A stretch of DNA of 64,000 bases from an uncultured Gemmatimonadales bacterium (GTDB taxonomy: Bacteria; Gemmatimonadota; Gemmatimonadetes; Longimicrobiales; RSA9): the NCBI GenBank assembly GCA_963783305.1, contig CAWAMW010000002.1:224001-288000 (forward strand). Reading direction: 5' to 3'. Within the stretch, counting starts at the first letter, position 1; each line of letters starts with the position of its first letter. This document shows, piece after piece, positions 30,923 through 40,003 of this stretch. The position numbers were made by a program, and so were the translations under genes. Under the pieces are notes generated by a model that had not been told where the DNA came from, did no database searches, and worked only from the letters and a program-made list of their open reading frames with translations.

Positions 30923-30968
30923 GTCCCATCGAGCCATGGAGTCGCCCCGTACCTTGGATGATCCTGGG
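30923..30968 (+). promoter_or_regulatory. Conserved upstream motif copy 1 (peptide gene A)
   Basis: 33/46 ungapped identity to 33569-33614, including GTCCC, GCCAT, GCCCCGTACC and ATCnTGGG. Confidence 0.65.
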
Positions 30969-31011
30969 TTCGAAGGGTCGGCATGCGCCCAATCAAACCC
31001 AGGAGGTAGCT

Positions 31012-31218
31012 ATGACCAAGTTCATGATGGCAATGGCAGTCGGCGCAAGTGCGCTGGCGTTCGCCCCGCGGCCCGTGGCCGCGGCAGGATGCACGGATGA
31101 CTACCACAAGTGTCTGAACGACACCTGGTATTACACCGGAGTCTCTCAGACCATGGCCGATGTGGAGTGCTTCGCCTCGTACGCCGGGTGCGTGCGGGAC
31201 AAGTTCCTTCGCCAGTAA
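31012..31218 (+). CDS. Secreted twin-CX6C peptide A (68 aa)
   Basis: SD AGGAGG; Sec-type signal ending PVAA; C-x6-C-x18-C-x6-C; paralog at 33654. Confidence 0.85.
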   Translation: MTKFMMAMAVGASALAFAPRPVAAAGCTDDYHKCLNDTWYYTGVSQTMADVECFASYAGCVRDKFLRQ

Positions 31219-31242
31219 TCCTCTGATCGTGGAGTAAATCCC

Positions 31243-32262
31243 ATGCGCACGCCGATCCTTCTCCTCCTGCCGCTCTGCCTCGCCTGTGGTGAGGCCGCTG
31301 GTGCGGCTCCTGCGCTGATCAATGGGTTCCGCGAGCACGCGGCGCCCCTGGTCTGCGACCCGGTCGATCTCGGCATGGAGCCGGCGGCCACGGAGATCCG
31401 ACTGTCGTCGGACTCCACGTGGATACTGCTGGACGGGCCTCAGCTCCAGCTGCTCTCGTTCGACGACTCTTTCCGACTGCTCGACCGCACGCCCCTCCCG
31501 GCCACGGGACCCGGCGCGGCGGTGCACGCCGTGAGCGCGACCCTCCTCGGCGACACCGCAGTCGCGGTGGCGGCGCGGGGCGGGCTCCAGCTCGTCGTGT
31601 TGTCGCGCGATGGGTCCTTCCGCGCCAGCACGCCACTCGACTTCATTCCGAACGCGCTCGCGGGCACGCCCGCGGGCGAGATCCTGGTGACCCCGCTCCC
31701 GTTCGGGACCAAGCCACCCACCCTGCTCATGCGGTACTCCGGTGGGGAGTGGGAGACGCTGCCCGTGCCCCGGCGGTCATACGTGGACATGAGCATCAAC
31801 GCCCTCGGCAACTCGACCCTGGTGGAGGTGTTCCCGGATGGTCGGGCGCTGGTGATGCACCAGTTCCTGCGGCCGAGGGCGTTCATCGTTTCCCCCGACG
31901 GGGAGGTCGAGGAGCCGTCGGCACCCACGCCGGACGGGACCCGGGATCACGTGGATTTTGTTCCGAGCTCGCCGATCACGTCGGACCAGATGGAGCGGAC
32001 GCTCGTGCCGGCCATCGCACTGTCTATCGACCCACGCAGTTCCGAGGTGTACGTGATGACGCGGTCCGGCACCACAGTGGGCGGGCGTCCGGAGCGTGCG
32101 ATCCTGAGGCTGTCGGAGCGACTGGAATTCATCGAGGGCTTCACGCTTCCGATCCCCGCCGCGGGCATGGTCTACCTGCCGCGCCGCCACGGGGCGCTGG
32201 TCGTGGACGACGTGGACCGGTTCCACCTGTGCGCGTTCCCGCAGTCCGGTGGCCCGGCGTGA
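31243..32262 (+). CDS. Probable beta-propeller lipoprotein
   Basis: SD GGAG; LLLLPLCLAC lipobox-like leader; blade-like repeats (ALAGTPAGEILVT, VEVFPDGRALV, LSIDPRSSEVYV). Confidence 0.65.
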   Translation: MRTPILLLLPLCLACGEAAGAAPALINGFREHAAPLVCDPVDLGMEPAATEIRLSSDSTWILLDGPQLQLLSFDDSFRLLDRTPLPATGPGAAVHAVSATLLGDTAVAVAARGGLQLVVLSRDGSFRASTPLDFIPNALAGTPAGEILVTPLPFGTKPPTLLMRYSGGEWETLPVPRRSYVDMSINALGNSTLVEVFPDGRALVMHQFLRPRAFIVSPDGEVEEPSAPTPDGTRDHVDFVPSSPITSDQMERTLVPAIALSIDPRSSEVYVMTRSGTTVGGRPERAILRLSERLEFIEGFTLPIPAAGMVYLPRRHGALVVDDVDRFHLCAFPQSGGPA

Positions 32263-32864
32263 TCCGTCTCGAGAGCGTGACCGTGGCGCGCGGTGCCAAT
32301 CCGGTCGTCGAGGATCTCGACATGGACGTGGCGCCAGGACGCGTGTTCTGGGTCCTCGGTCCAAACGGCGCGGGGAAGACCAGCCTGCTTCGGGTCATTG
32401 CGGGTCTCGACTCGCCACGCCGGGGTCGGGTGATCCGTATGGGAGACCGGCTGCGCTACTTCCAGAGCGAGATGGCGCTCCCTCCAACGTCCACCGTCGG
32501 GAGCTGGGAGCGGCTGCTGCGGCGTCTCGCCCGCGGATCGGGCGCTGCTTCTCCAACGCCCCTCTGGCCCGATGTGAAGTCGCACAGAAGGATCGGCCGA
32601 CTCTCGACCGGTCAACGCAAGCGGCTGCTGCTGGACGCGATCCTGCGCCAACCGGGACCACTCGTGCTCGACGAGCCGTTCGAGCACCTCTCGCCGGACG
32701 CGAAGAGCGCACTGCGCGACCTGCTGCGCGACCGAGCCCGCCGGGAGGAAGTGGTCGTGGCCACCAACCAGCGCTCGTCGCTCTACCCGGAGATGGCCGG
32801 CGTGCACCTCGAAGGGGGCGTGGCCGCTCCGCTGAACGTCGCCCCCGACGCGTCCGGCTCGTGA
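32259..32864 (+). CDS. ABC transporter ATP-binding protein (atypical D- and H-loops)
   Basis: GTGA overlap; GPNGAGKT, LSTGQ, LVLDEP. Confidence 0.85.
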   Translation: MIRLESVTVARGANPVVEDLDMDVAPGRVFWVLGPNGAGKTSLLRVIAGLDSPRRGRVIRMGDRLRYFQSEMALPPTSTVGSWERLLRRLARGSGAASPTPLWPDVKSHRRIGRLSTGQRKRLLLDAILRQPGPLVLDEPFEHLSPDAKSALRDLLRDRARREEVVVATNQRSSLYPEMAGVHLEGGVAAPLNVAPDASGS

Positions 32865-33586
32865 TCCCGGGCGCCCGCGGACTCGGACGTGGCCTGTGGC
32901 TCGGGCGGTACACGGCCGCGGCCAACCTCGGCCGCTGGCTGACGCGCGGCGGCCTGATAGCGGGTGCCGGCGTCATGGCACTCGGGTGCGCGCTGTCTCT
33001 CCAGCGAGGGAGGGGCTGGACCTTCGACGCGGACATCGGGCTCATGGGCTTCTTCATCATGGCGCTCTTCGCGGCTCGATCCGGCCAGGAAGAGCAGCGA
33101 GAGCTCGGCCTCGACACGTTCCTCCGCCACAACCTCGTCTCGCCGGTGGAGCACGCGTTCGGGCTGCTGGTCGCCCTCGTCGCCACCTGGCTCACCGTCT
33201 GTGCCGCGGCCTTCCTCGCGATCCTGGCGGTGACCGCCGGCGACGTCGCGACGGCCGCGTGGTACACGACGGCGTGGGGTCTCAGACTCCTCGTCCTGCT
33301 CGGGTTCGTACCGCTCGTGGAGTCCATGGCCAGCCTCCGGCTCCCGCTGATCCTGCCGGTCTTTGCCTACTGGGGGTTGGCCATGGCCCTCGTGATCGCC
33401 CTGCCGGAGGACGACGCCATCGCGCTGTTCATCCCGGTAGAGCACGGGGACTGGGGCGCGCTCGCCCGACTCGCGCTGCAGGGAGTCCTCTCCTTCGCGG
33501 CCACCTCCTCGCTGTTCCTCGCACTGTCCGTGGCCGGATCCCGGCTCCGGCTGCGGCTCCAGCAAATGGTCCCGTTCCGCCATTGA
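32861..33586 (+). CDS. ABC-2-type-like membrane permease (about 6 TM)
   Basis: GTGA overlap with ATPase; six hydrophobic segments. Confidence 0.7.
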   Translation: MIPGARGLGRGLWLGRYTAAANLGRWLTRGGLIAGAGVMALGCALSLQRGRGWTFDADIGLMGFFIMALFAARSGQEEQRELGLDTFLRHNLVSPVEHAFGLLVALVATWLTVCAAAFLAILAVTAGDVATAAWYTTAWGLRLLVLLGFVPLVESMASLRLPLILPVFAYWGLAMALVIALPEDDAIALFIPVEHGDWGALARLALQGVLSFAATSSLFLALSVAGSRLRLRLQQMVPFRH

Positions 33587-33614
33587 GGTGCCCCGTACCC
33601 GGGGCAATCATGGG
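33569..33614 (+). promoter_or_regulatory. Conserved upstream motif copy 2 (peptide gene B)
   Basis: Matches 30923-30968; overlaps the permease stop codon. Confidence 0.65.
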
Positions 33615-33653
33615 GGTGAGTCGCGGGACACGGACCCATACCCGGAGGACATC

Positions 33654-33869
33654 ATGTGGACAGGGAAGCTGAGCGCGGTCTCTCTCATCTTCGGTCTGAC
33701 GCTTACTCTGCTGGCGGTGCCGGACACAGCCGCGGCGGCGGACTGCGGTGGCGGCTATATCGCGTGTCTGAACGACGCGGGCGCGATCGGCAGCTCCGAC
33801 GCGCTGCACGAGAGCGAGTGCTACGGCCGCTACTGGACCTGCGTCATGCGACAGATCCGGACGTACTGA
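33654..33869 (+). CDS. Secreted twin-CX6C peptide B (71 aa)
   Basis: SD GGAGG; signal ending TAAA; C-x6-C-x17-C-x6-C; shares YxxCLND and EC[FY]xxYxxCV with peptide A. Confidence 0.85.
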   Translation: MWTGKLSAVSLIFGLTLTLLAVPDTAAAADCGGGYIACLNDAGAIGSSDALHESECYGRYWTCVMRQIRTY

Positions 33870-35484
33870 GCCGGCCCGGATCGACGGGAGCGTGGCGGTC
33901 GGCCGTCGGCATGGCCGCCGCAGCCCGCTCAGCGAGCGCGGTGATCGTGAGCGATGGGTTTACGCCCGGGTTGGCGGAAACCGCCGACCCATCGATGACA
34001 TAGAGCCCCGGGTAATTCCAGACCTGGTGGGACGCATCGATGACTCCGGACTCCGGCCCATCTCCCATAACGCAGCCGCCGAGGATGTGTGCGGTCGTGG
34101 GGATGCCGGTGAGCGTCTCCGTGACGAAGCTCACCGGGTAGCCGCCGGTCAGCTCGGCCACCTGCTCACCCAGCGCCGTGGCCGCCGGAATGGACGCCCG
34201 GGGTGCCGACCCGCGGGAGACGCGGGTCGTGAGCCCGCCCCGGCCCCTGCGGGCGCGGGTGGTCAGCCGGAGGTGGCTGTCATCCGTGCTCATGTAGAGG
34301 AGGATCAGCGTGTGCCGGGCCCAGTCGCGCACCAGCCACGCACGGGCGGTGCGGACGGGATGGCGCAGAACTCTTTTCGTGGCCGCGGCCAGCCTCTGCC
34401 GGAGCGTGTCGCCCGGGGCGTGGGGCGCCTGGAGCAGGCGCAGCACTCCGGAGCCCGCTGGGTAGCGGACGGGCTCCAGCGTCGAGCCATCGTGGGCCAT
34501 GATGGACGTGATGGCGACGCCCTCGGACATATCGCGGTCCGGGGCCACGATCCCCATGAGGACCTCGGAATTGGTCCGCACGAACTCCCCCAGGCGCGGG
34601 GAGAGGTCTGGCAGCCCATCGGATTCCGAACGCATGCGAAGCAGGAGCGGCACCGTGCCGAGCACACCGGCGGACAGCACCACGTTCCTGGCCTGATAGA
34701 TCCGACTGGAACGGCGCCAGGGTCGTGGCCCCTCCCGCACCTCGACGGTGTACCTGTGCGGACCAATGGCTGTGCTTCCGCGCTCGGTTCCGCCGCGGCG
34801 CACCGCCGTCACCTCGGTCTGCGTACGGACCTCCAGCCCCTGACGCTCAGCCAGCCAGAGGTAGTTGCGGTCCAGTGTGTTCTTGGCGCCGTGGCGACAC
34901 CCAACCATGCACCCGCCGCAGTGGGTGCAGCCGGTCCGGGCGGGGCCGCCCCCATCGAAATAGGGATCGGGCACCGTCTCATCCGGCTCTCCAAAATGGA
35001 CGCCGACCGTAGTGGGCACGTGCTCCGACTCGAGTCCCCGTGACCGCGCCACCTGGCGGAGGAGCGTGTCGGCATACGAGTCGAAGGGGACCCGCGCGGC
35101 GCCCAGCATACGGAGGGCTGTGTCGTAGTGGGGGCTCAGCTCGTGTTCCCAGTCGCCGAGGTGTCCCCAGGATGGTGCACGAAAGAAGGCATCTCCCGGG
35201 CGCTGGAGCACCCCCGCATAGACCAGGGAGCCACCTCCCAGCCCCACCCCTGACAGAGCGGTGATGTGCCGCAGGAAGGTCATCCGGAACGGCCCCCGCA
35301 GGCCGAGCGTCGGGAGCCAGAACCATCGGCGAAGATTCCAGGTGCTCTTCGCGAAGTCCCCCGGGGCGTACCGCCGCCCCTGCTCGAGGAGCAGGACGCG
35401 GTGCCCCTTCTCCACGAGCCGGAGCGCGGCGACGCTTCCGCCGAACCCGGAGCCCACGATGATGTAGTCCCAGTCCGTTCGCAT
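33844..35484 (-). CDS. GMC family oxidoreductase (cholesterol oxidase ChoD-like)
   Basis: IVGSGFGGSVAALRL, GGGSLVY, CTHCGGCMVGC, TAHILGG, GVNPSLTITALAERA. Confidence 0.9.
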   Translation of the reverse strand: MRTDWDYIIVGSGFGGSVAALRLVEKGHRVLLLEQGRRYAPGDFAKSTWNLRRWFWLPTLGLRGPFRMTFLRHITALSGVGLGGGSLVYAGVLQRPGDAFFRAPSWGHLGDWEHELSPHYDTALRMLGAARVPFDSYADTLLRQVARSRGLESEHVPTTVGVHFGEPDETVPDPYFDGGGPARTGCTHCGGCMVGCRHGAKNTLDRNYLWLAERQGLEVRTQTEVTAVRRGGTERGSTAIGPHRYTVEVREGPRPWRRSSRIYQARNVVLSAGVLGTVPLLLRMRSESDGLPDLSPRLGEFVRTNSEVLMGIVAPDRDMSEGVAITSIMAHDGSTLEPVRYPAGSGVLRLLQAPHAPGDTLRQRLAAATKRVLRHPVRTARAWLVRDWARHTLILLYMSTDDSHLRLTTRARRGRGGLTTRVSRGSAPRASIPAATALGEQVAELTGGYPVSFVTETLTGIPTTAHILGGCVMGDGPESGVIDASHQVWNYPGLYVIDGSAVSANPGVNPSLTITALAERAAAAMPTADRHAPVDPGRLSTSGSVA

Positions 35485-35761
35485 TGGCGGACGCTTCCGG
35501 CTTTGAAGGTGGGTGGGGGCTGCGGAGGACGGCCGTCGCGGCACCCGGGTGTACCTCATAATACGACCGCCGGCTCCGCTCACGCGACCTTCGCGATTCC
35601 TCCACAGGTGATCAATGCGCGTCCGGGGGCAACCGAGAGCGTGGCAGAACGAACGGACACGGCGTTAGCTTGCGTATCAGGCCGTTTCGGACGGGGAAAC
35701 GATTCTGCGGCTCGCTCCGTCTAAGAGGTGGGCATCGGATGACACCAGGGGGGCTGGGATC

Positions 35762-37561
35762 GTGAGTTCAGGCGGGTTCTTCTTCGAGCTTCGACGGCGC
35801 CGGGTCTGGCGCGTGGCCGGCGCCTACGCCTTAGTGGTGTGGATGGTGGTCGAGGTCGTGCTGGAGACCGGCCCAGTCCTCGGCCTCCCGGAGTGGGTGT
35901 CCCGTACGGTGGTCATCCTCGCCTTCCTCGGGTTCCCCATCACGCTGGTGCTGGCGTGGGTCTTCGATCTGACCGCGCACGGGGTCGTCCGTACGCCCTC
36001 CATGGGCGTGGGAGCCGCCGAAGACACGCGCGGGCCACCGGCGATTCACACCGCCCCGGGGGACCGGGCTCGCCTGGCCGGCGTGTTCGGGGCCGGCATG
36101 GTCGTCGCCCTCGTCGGCTTCGGCGCCTATGCGGCCATCCAGCCGACCCCTCTGATCCGCCCCGAGACGATCCAGGCCATCGCCGTCCTGCCGCTCTCGG
36201 ACCTCAGCCCCGCGGGCGACCAGGCATACTTCACCAACGGGATCACCGAGGAGCTGATCAACCGGCTCGCGCGCGTCCCGGAGCTACGCGTCGTCGGCCG
36301 GACGTCGGCGTTCGCGCTGCGTGAGCAGGGCGCCGGGCTCTCGGAAATCGCCCGGCAGCTGCGGGTGGACGCCGTTGTGGAAGGAAGCGTTCGTCGCAGC
36401 GGTGACCGGCTGCGCGTCAACGTGGAGCTCGTGGATGCCACCACAGGGTTCCAGATCTGGTCGGAGAGCTACGACCGGACCGTGGAAGACATCTTCGCGA
36501 TCCAGGACGAGATCTCCGGCGCCATCGTGGACGCCCTCCGGGTCCAGCTAACGCCGGGCGCATCGCGCCACCGGGCGGGCACCGAGAGCGTGCGCGCCCA
36601 CGACGCGTACCTGCTGGGGCTCAGCCGCTGGCACGCGCGCTCGGAGGAGGACCTGCTGCAGGCACTCGAGTACTTCGGCCAGGCCATCGAGGAGGACCCG
36701 GCGTACGCACCGGCCCGATCGGGTCTGGCACTCACCTACGCCGTCCTTCCCTGGTACAGCGACATGCCGTCGGAGCTGGCGGCCGACCGCGGCCTCGATG
36801 CTGCCGCCCGCGCGCTGGCTCTCGATGCCCAGAACGCCGAGGCCCACGCGGCCATCGGTCAGATCGCCCAGGCGCTGGAGTGGGACCTACCGGCCGCGGA
36901 GATGGCCTACCGTCGGGCGCTGGAGGCGCAGCCGAGCTACGCCACGGGGCACCAGTGGTACGCCGAGACGCTCCTGCTCATGGGCCGGCTCCAGGAGGCG
37001 CGACAAGAGATCGCTACGGCCATGTCCATCGACCCGCTGTCGGTCGCCGGGCAGTACATCCAGGCCTACATCGAGATCGCCCGCCGCGACCTGGACGCCG
37101 CCGTCGCCGCGTATCAGCGACTCATCCAGACCAACCCCGGGTACGTCCTGGCCCACGTGGCTCTCCTCGATCTCTGCCTTGCGGCAGATTGCCACGACCT
37201 CGCCGAATCCGCGGCGCGCGAGGCCTATACGCCCGATGTGGCCGCCGCGCTCCAGGAAGTGATCGCCGCGGACCGCGCCGCGTACGACCAGAGCGACGAT
37301 CGCGACGCCCTGCGCGCGTCGGCTCTGGCGCGCCTCCAGTCCCTCAATGGCGAGGTCGCACCCGCGCACCTGGCGCTGTTCCACGCGGCACTCGGAGATA
37401 CGAACGTCGCGCTGGACCGGCTGGAGCAGGCATACGCGGAGGGGGAGGACCCGAGCCTCCTCTTTGCCCTGGTCCACCCCCTGTTCGATCGCATGCGCCG
37501 CGAGCCCCGCTTCGTCGCCATAACGCGGAACCTCGGCGTCGAGGCGCCGCTGGCGCGCTGA
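35762..37561 (+). CDS. Membrane protein with TolB-N-like (IAVLP) domain and TPR repeats
   Basis: ELRRRRVWRV plus 3 TM; IAVLPLSDLS..YFTNGITEELI; EGSVRRSG; multiple TPRs; no cyclase or kinase domain. Confidence 0.8.
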   Translation: MSSGGFFFELRRRRVWRVAGAYALVVWMVVEVVLETGPVLGLPEWVSRTVVILAFLGFPITLVLAWVFDLTAHGVVRTPSMGVGAAEDTRGPPAIHTAPGDRARLAGVFGAGMVVALVGFGAYAAIQPTPLIRPETIQAIAVLPLSDLSPAGDQAYFTNGITEELINRLARVPELRVVGRTSAFALREQGAGLSEIARQLRVDAVVEGSVRRSGDRLRVNVELVDATTGFQIWSESYDRTVEDIFAIQDEISGAIVDALRVQLTPGASRHRAGTESVRAHDAYLLGLSRWHARSEEDLLQALEYFGQAIEEDPAYAPARSGLALTYAVLPWYSDMPSELAADRGLDAAARALALDAQNAEAHAAIGQIAQALEWDLPAAEMAYRRALEAQPSYATGHQWYAETLLLMGRLQEARQEIATAMSIDPLSVAGQYIQAYIEIARRDLDAAVAAYQRLIQTNPGYVLAHVALLDLCLAADCHDLAESAAREAYTPDVAAALQEVIAADRAAYDQSDDRDALRASALARLQSLNGEVAPAHLALFHAALGDTNVALDRLEQAYAEGEDPSLLFALVHPLFDRMRREPRFVAITRNLGVEAPLAR

Positions 37562-37570
37562 GGCCGTCCG

Positions 37571-38530
37571 CTACGCCATCGCCGTACCCGTGTGCTCGGT
37601 CGACACGGGAGCCACCGTCTCCATGTATCCCCACGCCGGCACGCCCACGTCCACCGCCAGTGGACGGTAGAGGAACATCGGCAGAGCACTGCCCCGGACC
37701 ACGCTCTCGGCTACGCTCCCCAGGATCAGCCGCCTCAGTCCGCCACGACCGTGCGTCGCCATTGCGACCACGTCCACATCGCCGCGCCGTGCCTCCTCCA
37801 CGATCCCGGCCGCCGCGTTCCCCTTCTCCACCACCCGCACATCCACGGCCCCAAACTCCTCGCCGATCTCGCTCCGCACTTTCCGGAGGAAACGCTCCGC
37901 CGACTCCGCCGACCGCTCACCAGGCCGCAGCAGCCGCACGAGCCCGTTGTGACGGGTCACGACCTCCAGCAGCGACAGTCGCGCCGACGTGGCACGGGCG
38001 AAGTGGAGCGCGGCCTTGATCACCTCGCAGGAGAATGGAGACCCGTCCAGTGTGATGAGCATCCGGCCCAGCGGCGGAAGCGCCTGCCCCGCCCGGACCA
38101 GCAGGACCGGTACCCCACCCCCCGCGAGCAGCTCCCGAACGGAGACCGGCAGCCCGTCCAGGTGCGCATCTCGCACCGCCGCCACCACCAGCACCCGCTC
38201 CCCCTCATCGTGCAGGCGCTGCGACACCGGAGCATGCACCACGCGACTGGTCACGGTCACGCCGGGCTCCGAGTCGGCCACTGTCTCCGCCAGCCGATTC
38301 AGCCACTCCACCTCGTGCTCTTCCGCCTCGCGGTCCCGGTCATCCCACGCCTCCACCAGGCCCTGGTAGCGGAACTGGGGCAACCCCTCGAGCTCTGCGG
38401 GTGCCTCCTGCGGGTGATGGACGTGGAGCAGCGTCAGCGCGCATCCGAGCATTCGGGCCAGGGGACGCGCGGCGGCCACGGCATCCATGCCGTCGCCCTC
38501 GTCGATGGGTACGATGATCCGGTCGTACAT
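37571..38530 (-). CDS. Tandem universal stress protein
   Basis: MYDRIIVPID; MLITLDGS; MATHGRGGLRRLILGSVAESVVR; SD GGAGG. Confidence 0.9.
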   Translation of the reverse strand: MYDRIIVPIDEGDGMDAVAAARPLARMLGCALTLLHVHHPQEAPAELEGLPQFRYQGLVEAWDDRDREAEEHEVEWLNRLAETVADSEPGVTVTSRVVHAPVSQRLHDEGERVLVVAAVRDAHLDGLPVSVRELLAGGGVPVLLVRAGQALPPLGRMLITLDGSPFSCEVIKAALHFARATSARLSLLEVVTRHNGLVRLLRPGERSAESAERFLRKVRSEIGEEFGAVDVRVVEKGNAAAGIVEEARRGDVDVVAMATHGRGGLRRLILGSVAESVVRGSALPMFLYRPLAVDVGVPAWGYMETVAPVSTEHTGTAMA

Positions 38531-38694
38531 GCGGCCTCCTTCATGGCGGGGACTGGCGGGAGCAGATCTCTCCAATTGCAACGTGCACTTCGGCAGGCCC
38601 GTTCGTCTGTCGGATTTTGCTTGATTCTCGGGTGGGGCCTTCGCCGACACAGGCATCGCATTGCCGCGCGGCGCGTCTAAGACACGTCCGACGG

Positions 38695-38723
38695 TTGCGG
38701 GTTCACCGCGCCGGCAATACCCT
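38695..38723 (+). promoter_or_regulatory. Putative leaderless promoter of DtxR/MntR regulator
   Basis: TTGCGG-17 nt-TACCCT followed by 6 nt then ATG; no SD. Confidence 0.45.
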
Positions 38724-38729
38724 CCCGCC

Positions 38730-39389
38730 ATGCCCACGCCTGCGGTCGAGGATTACCTCAAGACCATCTACCTGCTCACTCAGGGCGACCTGCCCGTGGG
38801 GACGTCGGCCATCGCCGAACGGCTGGGTGTCGCCCCCGGCTCCGTGACGGGGATGCTCAAGCGGCTGGGGCAGCAGGGGCTGGTCGAGCACGAGCGCTAT
38901 CAGGGCGCGCGCCTCACGCAGCAGGGCGCTCGGGAGGCGATCCGGATGATCCGCCGCCATCGCATTCTCGAGCTCTTCCTCGTGGAGGTCCTCGGCTACA
39001 CCTGGGATCAGGTCCATTCGGAGGCGGAGCGCCTGGAGCACGCGGCGTCGGACGAGCTCGTCAACCGTATGGCCGCGGCTCTCGGGGACCCTGACTCCGA
39101 CCCTCACGGACATCCGATCCCCGGACCCACCGGGCAGTTCCGGAGCCGACCGCTCCCCACGCTTGCCGACCTGGAGCCGGGTCGGTCTGCGACCCTGCGA
39201 CGGGTGAGCGACGAGGACCCCGAGGCGCTCCGCTACCTCGCCCGCCTGAACCTGGTCCCCGGCGTGCACATCGAGGTGCTGGAGCGGACCCCCTTCGACG
39301 GGCCGCTCCGGATCCGCGTCGCGGAGACGGAGGAGATGGTGGGACTGGAGCTCGCGCGACGACTGCGGGTCGAGCCCTCCGACGAATGA
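38730..39389 (+). CDS. DtxR/MntR family metal-dependent repressor with FeoA domain
   Basis: EDYLKTIY, RRHRILELFL, EAERLEHA, DPHGHPIP. Confidence 0.92.
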   Translation: MPTPAVEDYLKTIYLLTQGDLPVGTSAIAERLGVAPGSVTGMLKRLGQQGLVEHERYQGARLTQQGAREAIRMIRRHRILELFLVEVLGYTWDQVHSEAERLEHAASDELVNRMAAALGDPDSDPHGHPIPGPTGQFRSRPLPTLADLEPGRSATLRRVSDEDPEALRYLARLNLVPGVHIEVLERTPFDGPLRIRVAETEEMVGLELARRLRVEPSDE

Positions 39390-39964
39390 GCCGGGACGAC
39401 CGGGACGCGCGGGTCGTCTTCACGATCGGCCATTCCACCCGCACCATCAATGAGCTGACCGACCTGCTCACTCGCAACGGCGTCCAGCGTCTCGTGGACG
39501 TTCGACGGTTCCCGGGCTCCCGCCGGCACCCGCACTTCAACCGGGAAGCGCTCGCCGGGAGCCTGGCCGACGCTGGCATCGTCTACCGCCACGCCCCCGA
39601 GCTCGGCGGCCGCCGCGGCGCTCCCGACCCGGCCTCCCCCAACACCGGCTGGCGCAACGCCAGCTTCCGGGCGTACGCCGATCACCTGGGCACACCAGAG
39701 TTCCGCGAGGCGCTGGAGACGCTGCTGGAAGACGCGGTGCGGGGGCCGGTAGCGATCATGTGTGCGGAGGCCGTCCCCTGGCGCTGTCATCGTCAGCTCA
39801 TCTCGGATGCCCTGGTCGCCCGGGGCCACCCGGTCCTCCACATCCTGTCCGAGGCCGAGCCGCGACCGCATGAGCTGAACGAGATGGCCCGGACCGACCC
39901 GGAGGGTGGCGTCACCTACCCGGGGGCGGCGCCGGAGCAGCGGGAGCTTTTCGGCGGAAGCTGA
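39386..39964 (+). CDS. DUF488 family protein
   Basis: FTIGHSTR, LVDVRRFPGSRR, MCAEAVPWRCHR. Confidence 0.9.
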   Translation: MSRDDRDARVVFTIGHSTRTINELTDLLTRNGVQRLVDVRRFPGSRRHPHFNREALAGSLADAGIVYRHAPELGGRRGAPDPASPNTGWRNASFRAYADHLGTPEFREALETLLEDAVRGPVAIMCAEAVPWRCHRQLISDALVARGHPVLHILSEAEPRPHELNEMARTDPEGGVTYPGAAPEQRELFGGS

Positions 39965-40003
39965 CGGCGGCCGACCTCCCGACCGCCGATCACGGCGGGG
40001 CTC

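Noticed and set aside
31012..33869. Classical RiPP (lanthipeptide/sactipeptide) cluster
   Set aside because: No radical SAM, LanM/B/C, YcaO or C39 peptidase; leaders are Sec-type rather than double-glycine
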